Source: Camelus ferus (lineage: Eukaryota). Taken from it: 64,000 nucleotides of DNA. Position numbers and translations under genes: made by a program. The stretch lies in the NCBI RefSeq assembly GCF_009834535.1, contig NC_045697.1, forward strand, positions 69,132,001 through 69,196,000, written 5' to 3'. This document shows positions 1 through 12,100 of the stretch, piece after piece (positions within the stretch are counted from its first letter, which is position 1; each line of letters starts with the position of its first letter). The notes under the pieces are model-generated. The model saw only the letters and a list, made by a program, of their open reading frames with translations. It ran no database searches and was not told where the DNA came from.

Positions 1-89
1 TAAGACAGGAAGTATCTAGAAATGTTTTGTCCTTTTCAGATTGTACTCTCAAGGTATCTCATAGTAGTAATAATAGTAATGATGAATTT

Positions 90-265
90 CTAAGTAATAG
101 CTAAATGCTATTATGTGTCTCCAGCATAGCAGGTGTTATATACATTATTTCAGATTCTCATAACAGCTTCATATGAGATAGGGTTATTTTATACACATGA
201 GAAATTTGATTGCATATCCTGCCAATCTTACACAACTAGTTGGTGATAAGCTGGGATTAAATCAC
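90..265 (-). mobile_element. MIR SINE remnant
   Basis: Degenerate MIR core (ctcataacagc...ttattttatacacatgagaaa...cacaactagttggtgataagctgggatt), recognised from memory of the consensus. Confidence 0.55.
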
Positions 266-504
266 TTGTGTGATAATAGTTGGAATTTATACTTCATCTT
301 GTTTTCTCTCCTTTCATTTCTCTTCAGTAAATGAGATTTTATGATAGCCTTGGAAAGTGTACCAATGGTCTGAGTGTATGGTTTGAAAGATTAGGCTGAT
401 AACTGAAGTTGAAAACGTGTAAAAGCAAACACAACTTTACATCTTATTCTTCTAGTCTTCCTCCTAATTGTTGTTGTTGTAGTCATTACTGTTATTCTTA
501 TTCT

Positions 505-695
505 TCTATTACTCCAAAATACTGATTTCCTGTCTTGGACCAGCAGTATCAGAATTACTAGGAACTTGTTAGATGCAAATTCTTGGACCCTCTCACCCAT
601 ACGTACTGGAAATGGAACTCTAGGAGCTGGGTTCAGCCATTTAGTTTAACAAGTCCTCCAGGTGATTCGGATGCCTATAAAGCTTGAGAACCAAA
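505..695 (+). mobile_element. MER5A-like hAT-Charlie DNA transposon (MITE)
   Basis: ggaccagcagtatcagaattactaggaacttgttagatgcaaattc...tttaacaagtcctccaggtgattcggatgc...ttgagaacca follows the MER5A consensus. Confidence 0.8.
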
Positions 696-1965
696 CTCAG
701 TCTAACGTAATATGGAATTAGTGGGCTGGATCAATATCATGCTTTTCCCTCCCTATCTGTACTTAATCATACTGCAAAAGTGTTTATCAGACTTTTCCAC
801 TTGAATGCTCTTAACAACAAAAGAAAGTATATACACAGGATGGACTAGTGAGGGCACCACCAAAAACATAAAATCTCCTGTTTTGTTGTATAAGTTTATT
901 TTAACTTTACCCTCTGCTCCATAGCAAGTATATGTTTATTTCAGTATAAAACATGTGTATACCTAGAAAAATCACTGAGTAAAATTGATAGTCAAAAAAA
1001 TGCACCATGTTGTCAGGTTGCTTAAATATACATTGCCACTTTAGTGTTGGAAATTAACCTCATTTTGTAAGAATCTATTACAGTTATCAGTATTATCGTT
1101 TTTCAAAGGCAATACAAAGTATGAATGAGAAATGTGAAGTCAACAACCCACATATAAAAGTCACTCATTCTTTTATATTCATGCCTCATAGTTTTTTCTT
1201 GTTCTTCTAAAGAAAAATGTAAAAAGCTAAGAATTAATTATAGAAAAGTATTAGAGAAAATTTGAAACTCAATGTATATTACTGTTTAGCCTAACAAACA
1301 TTAAGGTAGAATCTAGCTCTGTGTTTTTATTTGGCTTACAGAGTTTAAAAAGTTTTAATAAAAGACTTATTTCCTTCAGGTAGTTAAAAATGGGGAAGTA
1401 CATAAAATCAGTTTTTAAATATTTGAGAAGTAGATATATAAAAAGATTTTATGAATCTCAGTCTATATAAAAAGAAAACACTTTTTGTGGTTTTCATCAT
1501 AGCTTACACTTTATGAAAATGCTAAATGAATGTATACTTCAAGTAAGTTTAGGAAAGTAAAAGTAAAAAATAAAAGAATTACTACTAGATTTAGAAAGAA
1601 TAGAAATAATCAAATAAGAAGCATTTATTTATTGCTACAATCAAATTAAAAAACTTACTCTTACATATAAGTCAACTTTATATTACTAAGTCTGGGTTGC
1701 TATTGAGGTATTGAATGTTTTCACTGAAGTCCACACATTATCCAGAAAACAAATAGATTTTATCTCGTGCAGACATGCATATACACATACAGCTACTTTA
1801 TGTTTCTGCCTTCTATTACCTAATGGCTTCCACTGACTTTGGTTTCTATTCACTTTCATTCTGTATGTATCTTTGTTTTAACCCCTCTCTGACTGTCCTT
1901 CCCTCCACCTCCCAAGAACTTTTCAGTTGTCTGTCTGAATTTAAAATTGCTGAGCAAGAACCTGA

Positions 1966-1988
1966 TTTTTTTTTTTTTTTTTTTTTTT
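1966..1988. repeat. Poly(T)23 tract followed by AG
   Basis: Directly visible. Confidence 0.95.
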
Positions 1989-4315
1989 AGTTCATTATCA
2001 TGTTTAGCCTGAGCTTTCAAACTAGACCATCTGATAGACTGTTGGCCAGCCTGTATACAGGCTGGACTTGAGTCAGAGTCTAGCCGGCTGTAATCGGGTA
2101 ATAGATTCATGTGGTGTGAACTAGAGGTATGTGTACTGGAAGCCCCTTTGAACGAGGATGACTGTTACAGTTGTTCTCCAGTATTATATTATATATTACT
2201 TTAAACATATCCTGATAAATTTTGGGTATATTTTTACATATATTCCTCTAAAGTGTGTAACTCCATGTCTTTAAAACTAGCTAAGGAGGATTGTACTCCT
2301 CAGTTAAAAAGCAAATTGGCTGAAAAGCAAAAGGTTTTAGAAGGGGTTTACTTTCCCCAGGGACTGGCAGTGTTGCTTTTACATTGACTGAAAGCTGAGG
2401 AATATGCTAGTTTTGTTTTACTTTTGTATTTTAAAAAAAACCACGACATAATTGGCATATAACATTGTGCATGTTTAAGATGTTCTTTATATGCTTTTGA
2501 ATAAAAAAACATTCAAAACATTTTTATTTGATTCTACAGTTTTCCTATAATTACTTACCCTTTATCATTTCAAGAATACATGAAGCTATTGATTGTAGCA
2601 TCAAAAGCTTGAAAGATAAATTGGTGTCATATAGACAATTAGAACATAAAAAGCGAAGAAAAATAGTAATTCATTAATGTCGCCATTGCCTGAAGAACAG
2701 CAAGAAGAAAACGAACATACAAAGCAATAAGATGTAATAGCAGATTCCATTTTTGGAAGAAGAGTGCAACAGACTATTCCTAAATTTCTTACTTTAGTAG
2801 TCATTTAAATGATCCCACTGTTGGAAACTAAGTTTAGGGACAGGTGGAAAGGGTAATGAATATGTCTTTGATTTCATTAATTTAAGTTGGTGACAGTTAA
2901 TTTAAGATTTGAAATCTATAAAGATTCTCAAGTAACCATTCATTTAAGAGGTAGACAAGTAGATTAATGTGTCATCTCCTGTGGATGGTCATTGAACTCA
3001 TGAAAGTATGTAACATAATTTGTTTTCCTAATAGGTGATGGGATACCTCATGCTACTGAGTTAAAAAATGAATAAATAAATAAACTTAAAGGTTAGCTTT
3101 AAAAGTAGGAAGTACTCTTAGTCTTGGAAGTTTGAATTATAGAGGATTTTCAGTAATATAGTGGTAAGTAAGAGAGATGATAGGAATGCAGTCTTTTATT
3201 TAGGTAGAGAGGAATACCTCTATGACTTATAGCTATACTGGGGAAAAGAAGTTGTTTCAGAGGTTAACAGCTCACATAACAACCCTGTAGGATATGCTCT
3301 AAAAATTTGAAAGTGAAGAAGAGAGAGGGAGGATTGCTTATGAGGCCACTTGTGAAACAGAATGAGAAGTGGAACCCTCCCCCATTAAAAGTGAGAATGA
3401 AAAGATAGTGATTTTTAAGTAAGATGGCTTCTAGGCTGAGAAATTAGATCTTTGTTAATAAGAGACCAGAACATCCTTACAGTAAGTCATGAACTCCAAA
3501 ATGATAATTCTAATGTTGGCTATTGAAGAATTTTCATCAATTAGATACCTTCGTTATCCTTAGATTTTGTAGTAGTCTCTTATGAGACACTGTAAAAAAG
3601 TTTGTCTAAGCATGACTGTAATGGAATCATTGGGAATCAATAAACTGAGAGTGGTTTACTATAAAGCTAAGGAGAAAAAATGGGTTTGAAGTATAAGAAA
3701 GCGTAGCATTTGATTTGGTGCTTTAGACTCGTGAATGCGTGGTTGCAGCAGCTGATGTGAGTGATGCATAACATGAATTTTAATAAAGAGTAGGAATGAA
3801 GATAAGGAATAGATAGTTCCACTAGTCTTACCAATTGAAAAGGACATATTCTTAATCATTAACTAGAACCATTTAAAATGTTTTGTATTTTGGCTCTTTA
3901 GAGAACAGATAGTGAAAAAATGACACAAATTGATGGCCTCGTATGTAACTGCAGTACTTCAATGATCAGGCTCGTGGAAAGAACATTGCTGGTGTTTCTG
4001 TCATCAACTGTTGCTTTCCAGGCACATCCAGTTTTAAGAAGATAGTGATAAATTAGGTATAATGAAAGTTAATGAAAACTTCTTTTGGTTTATGGAGAGA
4101 TGGTCAGCAAAGAAAAAAGTATGACCCCCACTTATTTTTGTGTACTTATTTTATGAAGTATTTAGTAGGGTTGTAATGGTTCTTTTGAACATAAATATAC
4201 ACCTCAGATAGTAACCATCTTAAACATTTAATACTAAGTTTATTTTATTTAAGGGAGGTTATTTGTGTAATTGCAAATCTGTAGATTTTTAATTCAATAT
4301 GTCTCTTATTTTCAG

Positions 4316-4441
4316 AATTTATGCGAATTCCATGTGTGGATGCTGGATTGATTTCACCACTGGTGCAGCTGCTAAATAGCAAAGACCAGGAAGTGCTGCT
4401 TCAAACGGGCAGGGCTCTAGGAAACATATGTTACGATAGCC
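4316..4441 (+). CDS. RAP1GDS1: RAP1GDS1 exon 4 (126 nt, phase 1-1): (E)FMRIPCVDAGLISPLVQLLNSKDQEVLLQTGRALGNICYDS(H)
   Basis: Acceptor ttattttcag|AATTT, donor AGCC|gtaagt. Translates to an ARM repeat. Too short to appear in the ORF track. Confidence 0.97.
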
Positions 4442-7400
4442 GTAAGTGTTGAAATGTCAAGATACACTTATAAACTTTTGTTTAAGAATTATGATTTTCA
4501 TAATAATTCCACTTTTAGTGCTAGAACTGTCTTTTGTAGGCTAAGACACTAACACGGGCCAATTATGACTTAGCTCTGCTTATGCAGTAGAACCGAGGGA
4601 AATTTAGGCCATAGTGTTCTTAACTATGACTTAATTGGAAAGGCATTCCTTTTCCCTACTATCACAGATGATACTTTCAGAGGGAAGTAAGTCAATTTCT
4701 AAGGATTGGGACTTTTAATTTTAGGGAAAAATGTATCTTTTCAGTTAGGTTTTATCGAAGTACCATCTCTAACTGATAATGCTTAATAACACATTTTTTT
4801 AGTTTCTAAGTCTGTCCAGCTACATTTTTAATTACTTGCAATTTAGTAAAACCATTCATAAAAACCATTATGTTCTCAAGAGCTGGACTGGCCTATTGCA
4901 TCTTGCATTGACTCCATTCCTATTTATCATAATGCCATTGTCATCCTCACCACTTTCTATAATACACCGTTTCTAGTAGGCAAAGAGAAAGCAAGAACTT
5001 GGGAATGGGTATAGACAGTGCAAAAATTTTACATTTTCTACTTTTGCTTCCCACATATATGTAAACAAGATACGGAAAAATCTTGAGTATATTCAACTTA
5101 TTAGGCATATCCTGATTTTCCTTACTTTTCTATTTTCTGAGCTAAAACACCTTTTTAATATTCACCTTTAAAATCTCCTAGGAATTTAGTTCTGTTTATA
5201 TAAGTAGGATAACTTTTGTTTATTTTCCCCATTGAGTTTATATATAAAAGGCATAGATAGCTCTTTTATAACATGCAATGCTTCAAAAAGTGATTTGTGC
5301 ATTTAAGCCAGATAGAAAATAAGGTTATAAACACATTCATTTATTATGAAAGAAAGAAGTAGAAGAAAAGAAGATTAAAACTACAGCTTTTAATTATAAC
5401 TTGTCTGTACCAGTAGGGGTAAGGCTGGCCTCATTTCTCCTTTCCCTACTTTTTCTGGAATATTTTATATTATGTCTGAGGGCATGAATGATTTTTAATA
5501 TGAATTTTAATTGGAGAATTTCTGTCCCCAGTGCTGCTTAGAAATTTTCCTATCTGCGCCTTCATTCTAGTTCTTATCATCTTGGGTATTAGCTTTGTTT
5601 ACAAAATACTAGTGCTTTATGTTTATAATTTTGTGTTTTCATATTTAGGATTTTTATTAAATACTATACTTTTTATTACATACTATAGTTATAATGTTAG
5701 CTTTCAAGAATGAATGTATATTTTATATAATTAATTTTAACAATGTATATTAAAAAGATCTGTGCAGAATGATAGTCAAAGATTGATGGCGTGTATTTGG
5801 AGAGCATTAATCATTATTGTTTTTATTCTTATCCTTCTGTGTTTATTACTAGAATTTAAGACTATAAGAAGTATTCTTTAATCTTTATTCAGTTTAGATA
5901 TTCTTGAATTATGCATTGTTTGAACAGAGGAATTATTATCTATTTTGAGTACTTTTGTCCTAGAGTTTCACTTTATGTTGGCACAATGAAGAAATACCCA
6001 TAGTGATCTATTATCTCATCATGCTCTGATTTTCATGGGCACAGAATAATTTTATTTCCTGTGTACTCTAAAGAACTTTGAAGTTAGGGTGATAAATGTC
6101 TAGTTAATAAGATTATAGTTTTGATGAAAATGAAGTCCATTATAGTGTTTATCATATCCATTTATTCTGTTCTTATAAGCTATACAGGATAAAGTCTGTG
6201 GATATGCTTTAGGCTATGAGATTAATTTTTTGTTGTTGTTTCGTTTATTTTTGAATATTTATAACCACTTCATTCTCATTTAATTCAGTGGAAATTATAG
6301 TGAAGTGGAGAACTAAGCATAGTGAATACAGACTATTTTTTATACTTTTAACCTTTTAGGAAGATAAAATTAGTAATCTTAAAAGTGAGTAAATGTAAGA
6401 GATGATTTATTACTGTAAATCATGTGGTGAAATGTGTTCATTGTGCCATGGTGTCTAATGCATATAATTTCCATAAGACTATATGCTTCCTTATCCTTTT
6501 ATTTGAAGTTAAATCTCTTGTGAACGTCTCAGTGATTTCTCCAGAATAATTGTAGGAAAAAGTACAGCACCTTTATTTGAATGACGAGAATGATATCAAA
6601 ATCTATAAATGTAATGCTATGTGGTTGATTTTCAAATTTACCTGAGACACGTTTCTCATTACATTTTCATGTCTCAAACTCTTGTTTTATAAATGTACTC
6701 CAAATGAATAATTTTTTATTGTTGGTTTATTCAGAATGATGTTAGGCTTACAATAGATAGTAAAGCCAATGTATGCAGAAAGTACCATAAAAAATTAAGT
6801 ATTAGAGATAAAAATTTAAGAAATGTGTGCATATTTTATAGATTTTAATTTTGACACTTAGAAAGTAAGGCATTTGCTAGCGTTTTTCACTTAACATGGT
6901 TTGTTTGAAAGGAGAGCTCCAACTGTGCAAAGAATTACACTTACCACAAAATTCATGGACATCTTTTGAAAAAAGTAGGTCAGATTTCAGTTTTACCAGC
7001 TTTAACAGTGCCCATTTTAGGAACTCTTCCTAATGGAAGGAAACTGTCTTATATAATCCTAACATCAGGTAATAGACTGATGTAACTGCTAAATGGGACG
7101 GACAGAGTGAGGCTTTGTTGCTGATGAACTTTTTGAATCCCGGTCTCTCTTGCATATAGAGATGAAAGGATCACCTAGTGGGGACATTTTTCATTTAAAA
7201 TGCCTGGTCTGCTTTCTGTTCTTCCAGAGAGCCTCCGAGGTGCTTATAGATTTCACTTTACAAGTATCCAACAAACTTCTGATAGAAGCAATATTTTAAA
7301 GCTCTTTTGCCCTTTAACTTTGTCAAAATAACTTTTTATAAGAAGTTTGACATCTTTTAGATTAAAGAAGAGAGAAAACTTATATTTCAATTTGAAAAGG

Positions 7401-9059
7401 AGTCAGCAGAGCTGTGATGGGATATGTTAGGGAAAGTGACTTTAAATAAAGAGAAATAGTATTAAATCTCAGAAATGCATACTCTGGCCTGTTTGATTGC
7501 TCATTTCTCTCAAAGATGATATGGGAAAAAAATGAGGGGTTTTTTTCCCCTCTTATGTGGCCATCTTTATGGTAGTCTCTTCTATGATTAGTTTGTTTAT
7601 ATAGCTGTGCACGTTTAAAATTGCTCTTATATATGTATGTATATGGTTCTATGGTATTGAAGACCTTCGTGTTAAATTCCCACCCTGTACTTAATGCTTT
7701 TTTGTAAGGATAAATTGGTGACTGAAGACCGATTCTCTGTTTGCAGATGTTACTGCTTGAGGTTAGGAAATAGTTGATATTGGAAATGCTGGTTTAAAGT
7801 TATTTAGTGTAAGCTAAAATAAAATGATTACATGAGAGTAAGTATTTGTGCATTTTTGCATTACCAGAGAAAGAAGAATATACGATTCAAATTAATACAT
7901 ATTAAAATTAAACAAATACGATTCTTTACAGAAATGAAATTAATGCTTATGATTATATAATTAATCCTATTATTAAAAAGATGCACACTTAATCTTACAT
8001 GATATGCCATCCTACATGATATAAGGAAAATTGAATTCTTGCTCATTGAGTAATAAATAAATATTCAAAATGAGGTGGTAATCAGGCTTGCCAAAGCCAT
8101 TGTTGGTGAGGTGAACTAAATGTAGTTTATTTCATTGACTTAAAGAAGGGTAAATGGAAAGGATGCCCAAATACATACATGGATCTATTTGTATGTTAGT
8201 GATTCTAACTATGCTACACTATTTTTATGTAAGGGATGAAGAATGAATTTATTATTCTGACTGCAAATGCTGAAAAATAATCAACAATAATTCTACAGTA
8301 TTTCATAACATAAGTTTGTTAGACAAGTGTATATTAATAACACAGATATGCTTTGAAATTGCCTAAGTAACCAAATATATTGCAGCAGTTATATTCAACA
8401 TGGAACTGTTTATGCCTGGCATTTAAAATAAGTGTTTATTTCAGTGATATAAATTAGGTTAAGTATCAGGTTGCATTATTAAAGGATTTGCTGGTCTATA
8501 TACTACTTTTTTACTGTTTTTCAGTATTCAGTTTTAGAGTAGAATAGAATTATCAGCCAGTAAGTATAAAACAAGATTCTTCAGCTTTCATCAAGTAAGC
8601 TCTTATATTTTATTAATGGATTTATTGTCAAAGTACATCATGTATATAAGTATAAACAACTATATGCTACTGCTATTTTTACAGACAGTAACTATGGCTT
8701 TTATCATATGAAAATACTCCATTGTAAAGGTGTCCTAAATATATAGTAGTTGGAAATAGATGTTGTTTTGTAACACTATCATAAGCTCTGAAAAAAGTTC
8801 ATGCCATTAAAGAGCTTTTAATATGGTGGAGAAAATTAAATGCACAAAAGAACACAACTTGTGGACAGTTACACTACCTATGTGGTTTCTGATCAGAATG
8901 AAAATAAATGGATGATAGGAGTAGTAATTCAAACCACTTTTTAGAAATTAAGCAAATAGTGCATATTTGCTTATAAAATAATTTATTTTTAAATTAATAA
9001 AATTATAAATAAATGAAATTTTAATATGCCCTCTAGAAGGCAAATATTGTGTTTAAACA

Positions 9060-9143
9060 AATTTTTTTTAATGGAGATAACTGGGAATTGATGCATGCTA
9101 AGCATGCTAAGCATGTGCTCTATTACTTAGCTATTACCTTCTC
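9060..9143 (-). mobile_element. tRNA-derived SINE (camelid Vic-1-like), internally deleted
   Basis: Reverse complement resembles the SINE at 59373 (A-box TAGCT..GT..TAGAGC and the GCATGCTTAGCATGCA core). T-rich tail on the left. Possible TSD caaatatt at 9041 and 9144. Confidence 0.75.
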
Positions 9144-9164
9144 CAAATATTATAGATGAATAAG

Positions 9165-9300
9165 ATTTCCAGTTCTACCATTTACAAAGTTGTCATTTAA
9201 TCTTTCTCAGTTTTAGTTTCCTCATTGGTAAAGTGGACTGTTGTGTGGATTAAATAAGGTTTATATATAAATTTACAGTATAAATTATGAACATCTATGC
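9165..9300 (+). mobile_element. MIR SINE fragment
   Basis: ccagttctaccattta...atttaatctttctcagttttagtttcctcattggtaaagtgg...gttgtgtggattaaataag. Confidence 0.6.
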
Positions 9301-9334
9301 AAAGGAAATACATAGCATTTATGTCTGATCATTT

Positions 9335-9670
9335 TTCTTAGTCAATTTGGGCTGCTATAACCAAATACTACAGACCGAGTGGCTTAAAAAAAAACAATTT
9401 GTTTCTCACCATTCTGGAGGCTGGAAAATCCAACCAAGATCAAGTCACCAGCAGATTCAGTATCTGGTGAGGACACTCCTGGTTTGCCCACGGCCACCTT
9501 CTCATTGTATCTTCACATGGCAGCGAGAGAAGAGACAAAGGAAGCAGGCTGTCCTGTCTCTTCATGAGGGTTCTACCTGCATGATCTCATTATCTCCTGA
9601 TATCGTCATATCAGGAGTTAGAATATCAACATATGAATTTATGGGGGAACACAAACATTCAGTCCATAAT
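9335..9670 (-). mobile_element. ERVL-MaLR solo LTR (MLT1A-like)
   Basis: tcttagtcaatttgggctgctataaccaaatactacagaccgagtggctta...ttctggaggctggaa...caaacattcagtccata matches the ends of the reverse-strand MLT1A consensus. Explains ORF 9347..9703. Confidence 0.85.
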
Positions 9671-10459
9671 ATTATTGTTTCTAAAAAGTGTGCTGTGACA
9701 TAATGTAACACATATACTAATGTACACAAAATATTCAAAATAAAGATCTAAAGGCCAGAAGCCTTAAAAGGAGAGGAAAAGAGAAACCTAGTAAGAAGTG
9801 AGGGTAATATACTTACTATAATGAGCACTAATTTAATTTGAGCTGCTCAGTTGCCAAGGTGGGAAGAAAAAAAAAAACTTGGTATGCTATCTAGTTTTTA
9901 TTTAATGCTAAGGAGAAATTTTCTGTTTCTTCAATCAAACAAAAAACTGTTGAGACAAATGCTGGAAGAGATTTATCATCAGGTATCGTTAGCTCCCTAA
10001 GTAATTCTGCATACATTCTTAAAATACGCAAAAGATACTGACTGGCATTACAGACAGAGTCTTCAATAGTGGTTCTACTAAAATTGCTCAAATATTCTCC
10101 ATATAATTGTTTCTTGTACCAAATCTTTAACAGAATCCAAGAAATAATACATAATACTTTAGCAAAGGGTGGTTCTATTTGGGTAGTATATCCCAAATGT
10201 GTAGGTTTTGGTAGTCAATCTTGATTGAAGCATACAACTTAGAAATTTCAAGAAATTTTGTCTTGAATATATTTCCTAGTTTATTTTAAACCAAAATACA
10301 ATTCTACTTCGCATTCATTATACCTGCTCAATTTTATGTTGTATAATGTATCCAAGTTCTGTCTTCTGAGACTGAAAAATATACTTACCTTTGATTTTTA
10401 AGTCTCATTGATTTGATAAAATTCTGATGTATATGAAAATGAATATTTAAAAATACCAT

Positions 10460-10725
10460 ATATTGGTGGTGGTTGCATGAATCTCTACATGTGATAAAAT
10501 TGCTTAGAACCATACATGCTCATACACATATGCATATAAAAACTGATGAAATCTGAAGAAGATCTGTAGATTGTCAGTTTCCTAGTTGGGATATTGTATC
10601 AGAGTTATGTAAATGTTACCATTGGAGCAAAATGGATGGGAGGGTACATGGGACCTGTCTGTACTATTTTTTCTTGCTACTTCCTGTGAGCCTCTAATGA
10701 TTTCAAAATGAAAAGTTTAAAAAAC
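10460..10725 (+). mobile_element. Old L1 (L1MC-like) 3' end
   Basis: ggtggtggttgcatgaatct...gttaccattggagcaaaatggatgggagggtacatgggacc...ttcaaaatgaaaagtttaaaaa. Confidence 0.75.
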
Positions 10726-10812
10726 TTTGTTTCCAAGAGGCATACATATTCTCTCTTCTTTGGGAAATGACCTTATTTCATTCAGCCCTACTTGAGGGAG
10801 TAGGGGAGAAAA

Positions 10813-10890
10813 TTATATATACATATATATATATACACATATATATATATATCACACACAAATTTATATACATATACACATACATATAAA
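10813..10890. repeat. Compound (TA)n/(CA)n microsatellite
   Basis: Directly visible. Confidence 0.85.
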
Positions 10891-11872
10891 AATTTCAAGC
10901 ATGAAAATTACTGTTTTACTGGGTTTGTGTAATCAAAGTAGAGGACAAAATTCCTTCTGATTTTTTCTCCCTCCAAATTTGACTTTCAGAAAAAAGAATC
11001 AACAAAAAATTGATAGCCCCAAAATAAAGTTTAGAGAGGAGCAGTTCATACTTTTGGGACCTTGATCAGAATAGGTAATCATCAGGTTCTGTTTCTATGC
11101 AACCTATAGGGATAGGTTATACATTAACGTTCCTAGTTCAAGGGAATTTCTGTGTTGGGCCACAAGCCTCTACTTCAGATGAGACTTCTGGTAAGTCAGG
11201 ATCAGCCTATAAGTAGTTTATAATTTACCTTTGTTCTAGAAAAACCAATGCAAATAATGTGAGGGGAAAAATATTTTTACTGATAGTCACTTCTGTTTAG
11301 TTGTCCAAGTGTGTGTGCCTCCTGTGTTTAAAGACATTATAGTGCATTCAGGGTAATGAAGCATGTATATCAACAAGTAAAAATAGGACTCTATGTGTTA
11401 AATGCTGTAAGAAGATACACAGCAGGGTTCTAGAAGGGAGCTCATTTGTGTTTGAGCTCTTCCAATGGTATTAGTAGAGGAGGAAGCAGTTAATCTGCAT
11501 AGGATTTGGACATGTGGAGAAGAGAGTTAAAAGATTTTTCAGGAGCACAGAAAAGCATCTTCAAAGGTATATAATATAATATAAAGAGAGATATGCCTGG
11601 GACCCAGATTGCAGAAGGCCTTGTACAATGGGGAGCCATTGAAGGTATTTGAGCAAAAGAGTTAAATATTCAAGTTGATACCATGGAAAAAGTTAATTTG
11701 AAAGAGATGTACATTATAAGATTGGCAGTCATGCTTAACAAGAAGTATGCATCTGAAACAGGGAACTTTTTCCAAGTACATTTTCTTGGCCACAGCCTAG
11801 AACCAGAAATCAGAATCTCTGAGGCTAGAATCTAACCTATCATCTATCTTCTGCAAAAACCCCAAAAAACTC

Positions 11873-11953
11873 TGATGCACATTTTTACTTTAAAAGCCAT
11901 TGGACAGTGGACTTGATGCACATTCTTACTTAAAAGCCATTGGACAGTGGACT
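11873..11953. repeat. Tandem duplication of a ~40-bp unit (2 copies)
   Basis: tgatgcacatttttactttaaaagccattggacagtggact followed by tgatgcacattcttacttaaaagccattggacagtggact. Confidence 0.92.
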
Positions 11954-12027
11954 AAATGAAGAATAACCAGTTAGAAGCTTATTGTTTCTTCTGAAACTTG
12001 AAAAATAAAGAGAACAGGAAGGAAGAG

Positions 12028-12100
12028 GTGTGTGTGTGTGAGAGAGAGAGAGAGAAAAGAGAAAAAAGAGAAAAAGACAAGAAAGAGAAAAAAGAGAGAA
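12028..12100. repeat. (GT)n(GA)n microsatellite and GA-rich tract
   Basis: Directly visible. Confidence 0.85.

Noticed and set aside
8949..8973. 10-bp inverted repeat taagcaaata/tatttgctta (similarly tgctattgc/gcaatagca at 26592-26618)
   Set aside because: Short and AT-rich; expected by chance in 64 kb.
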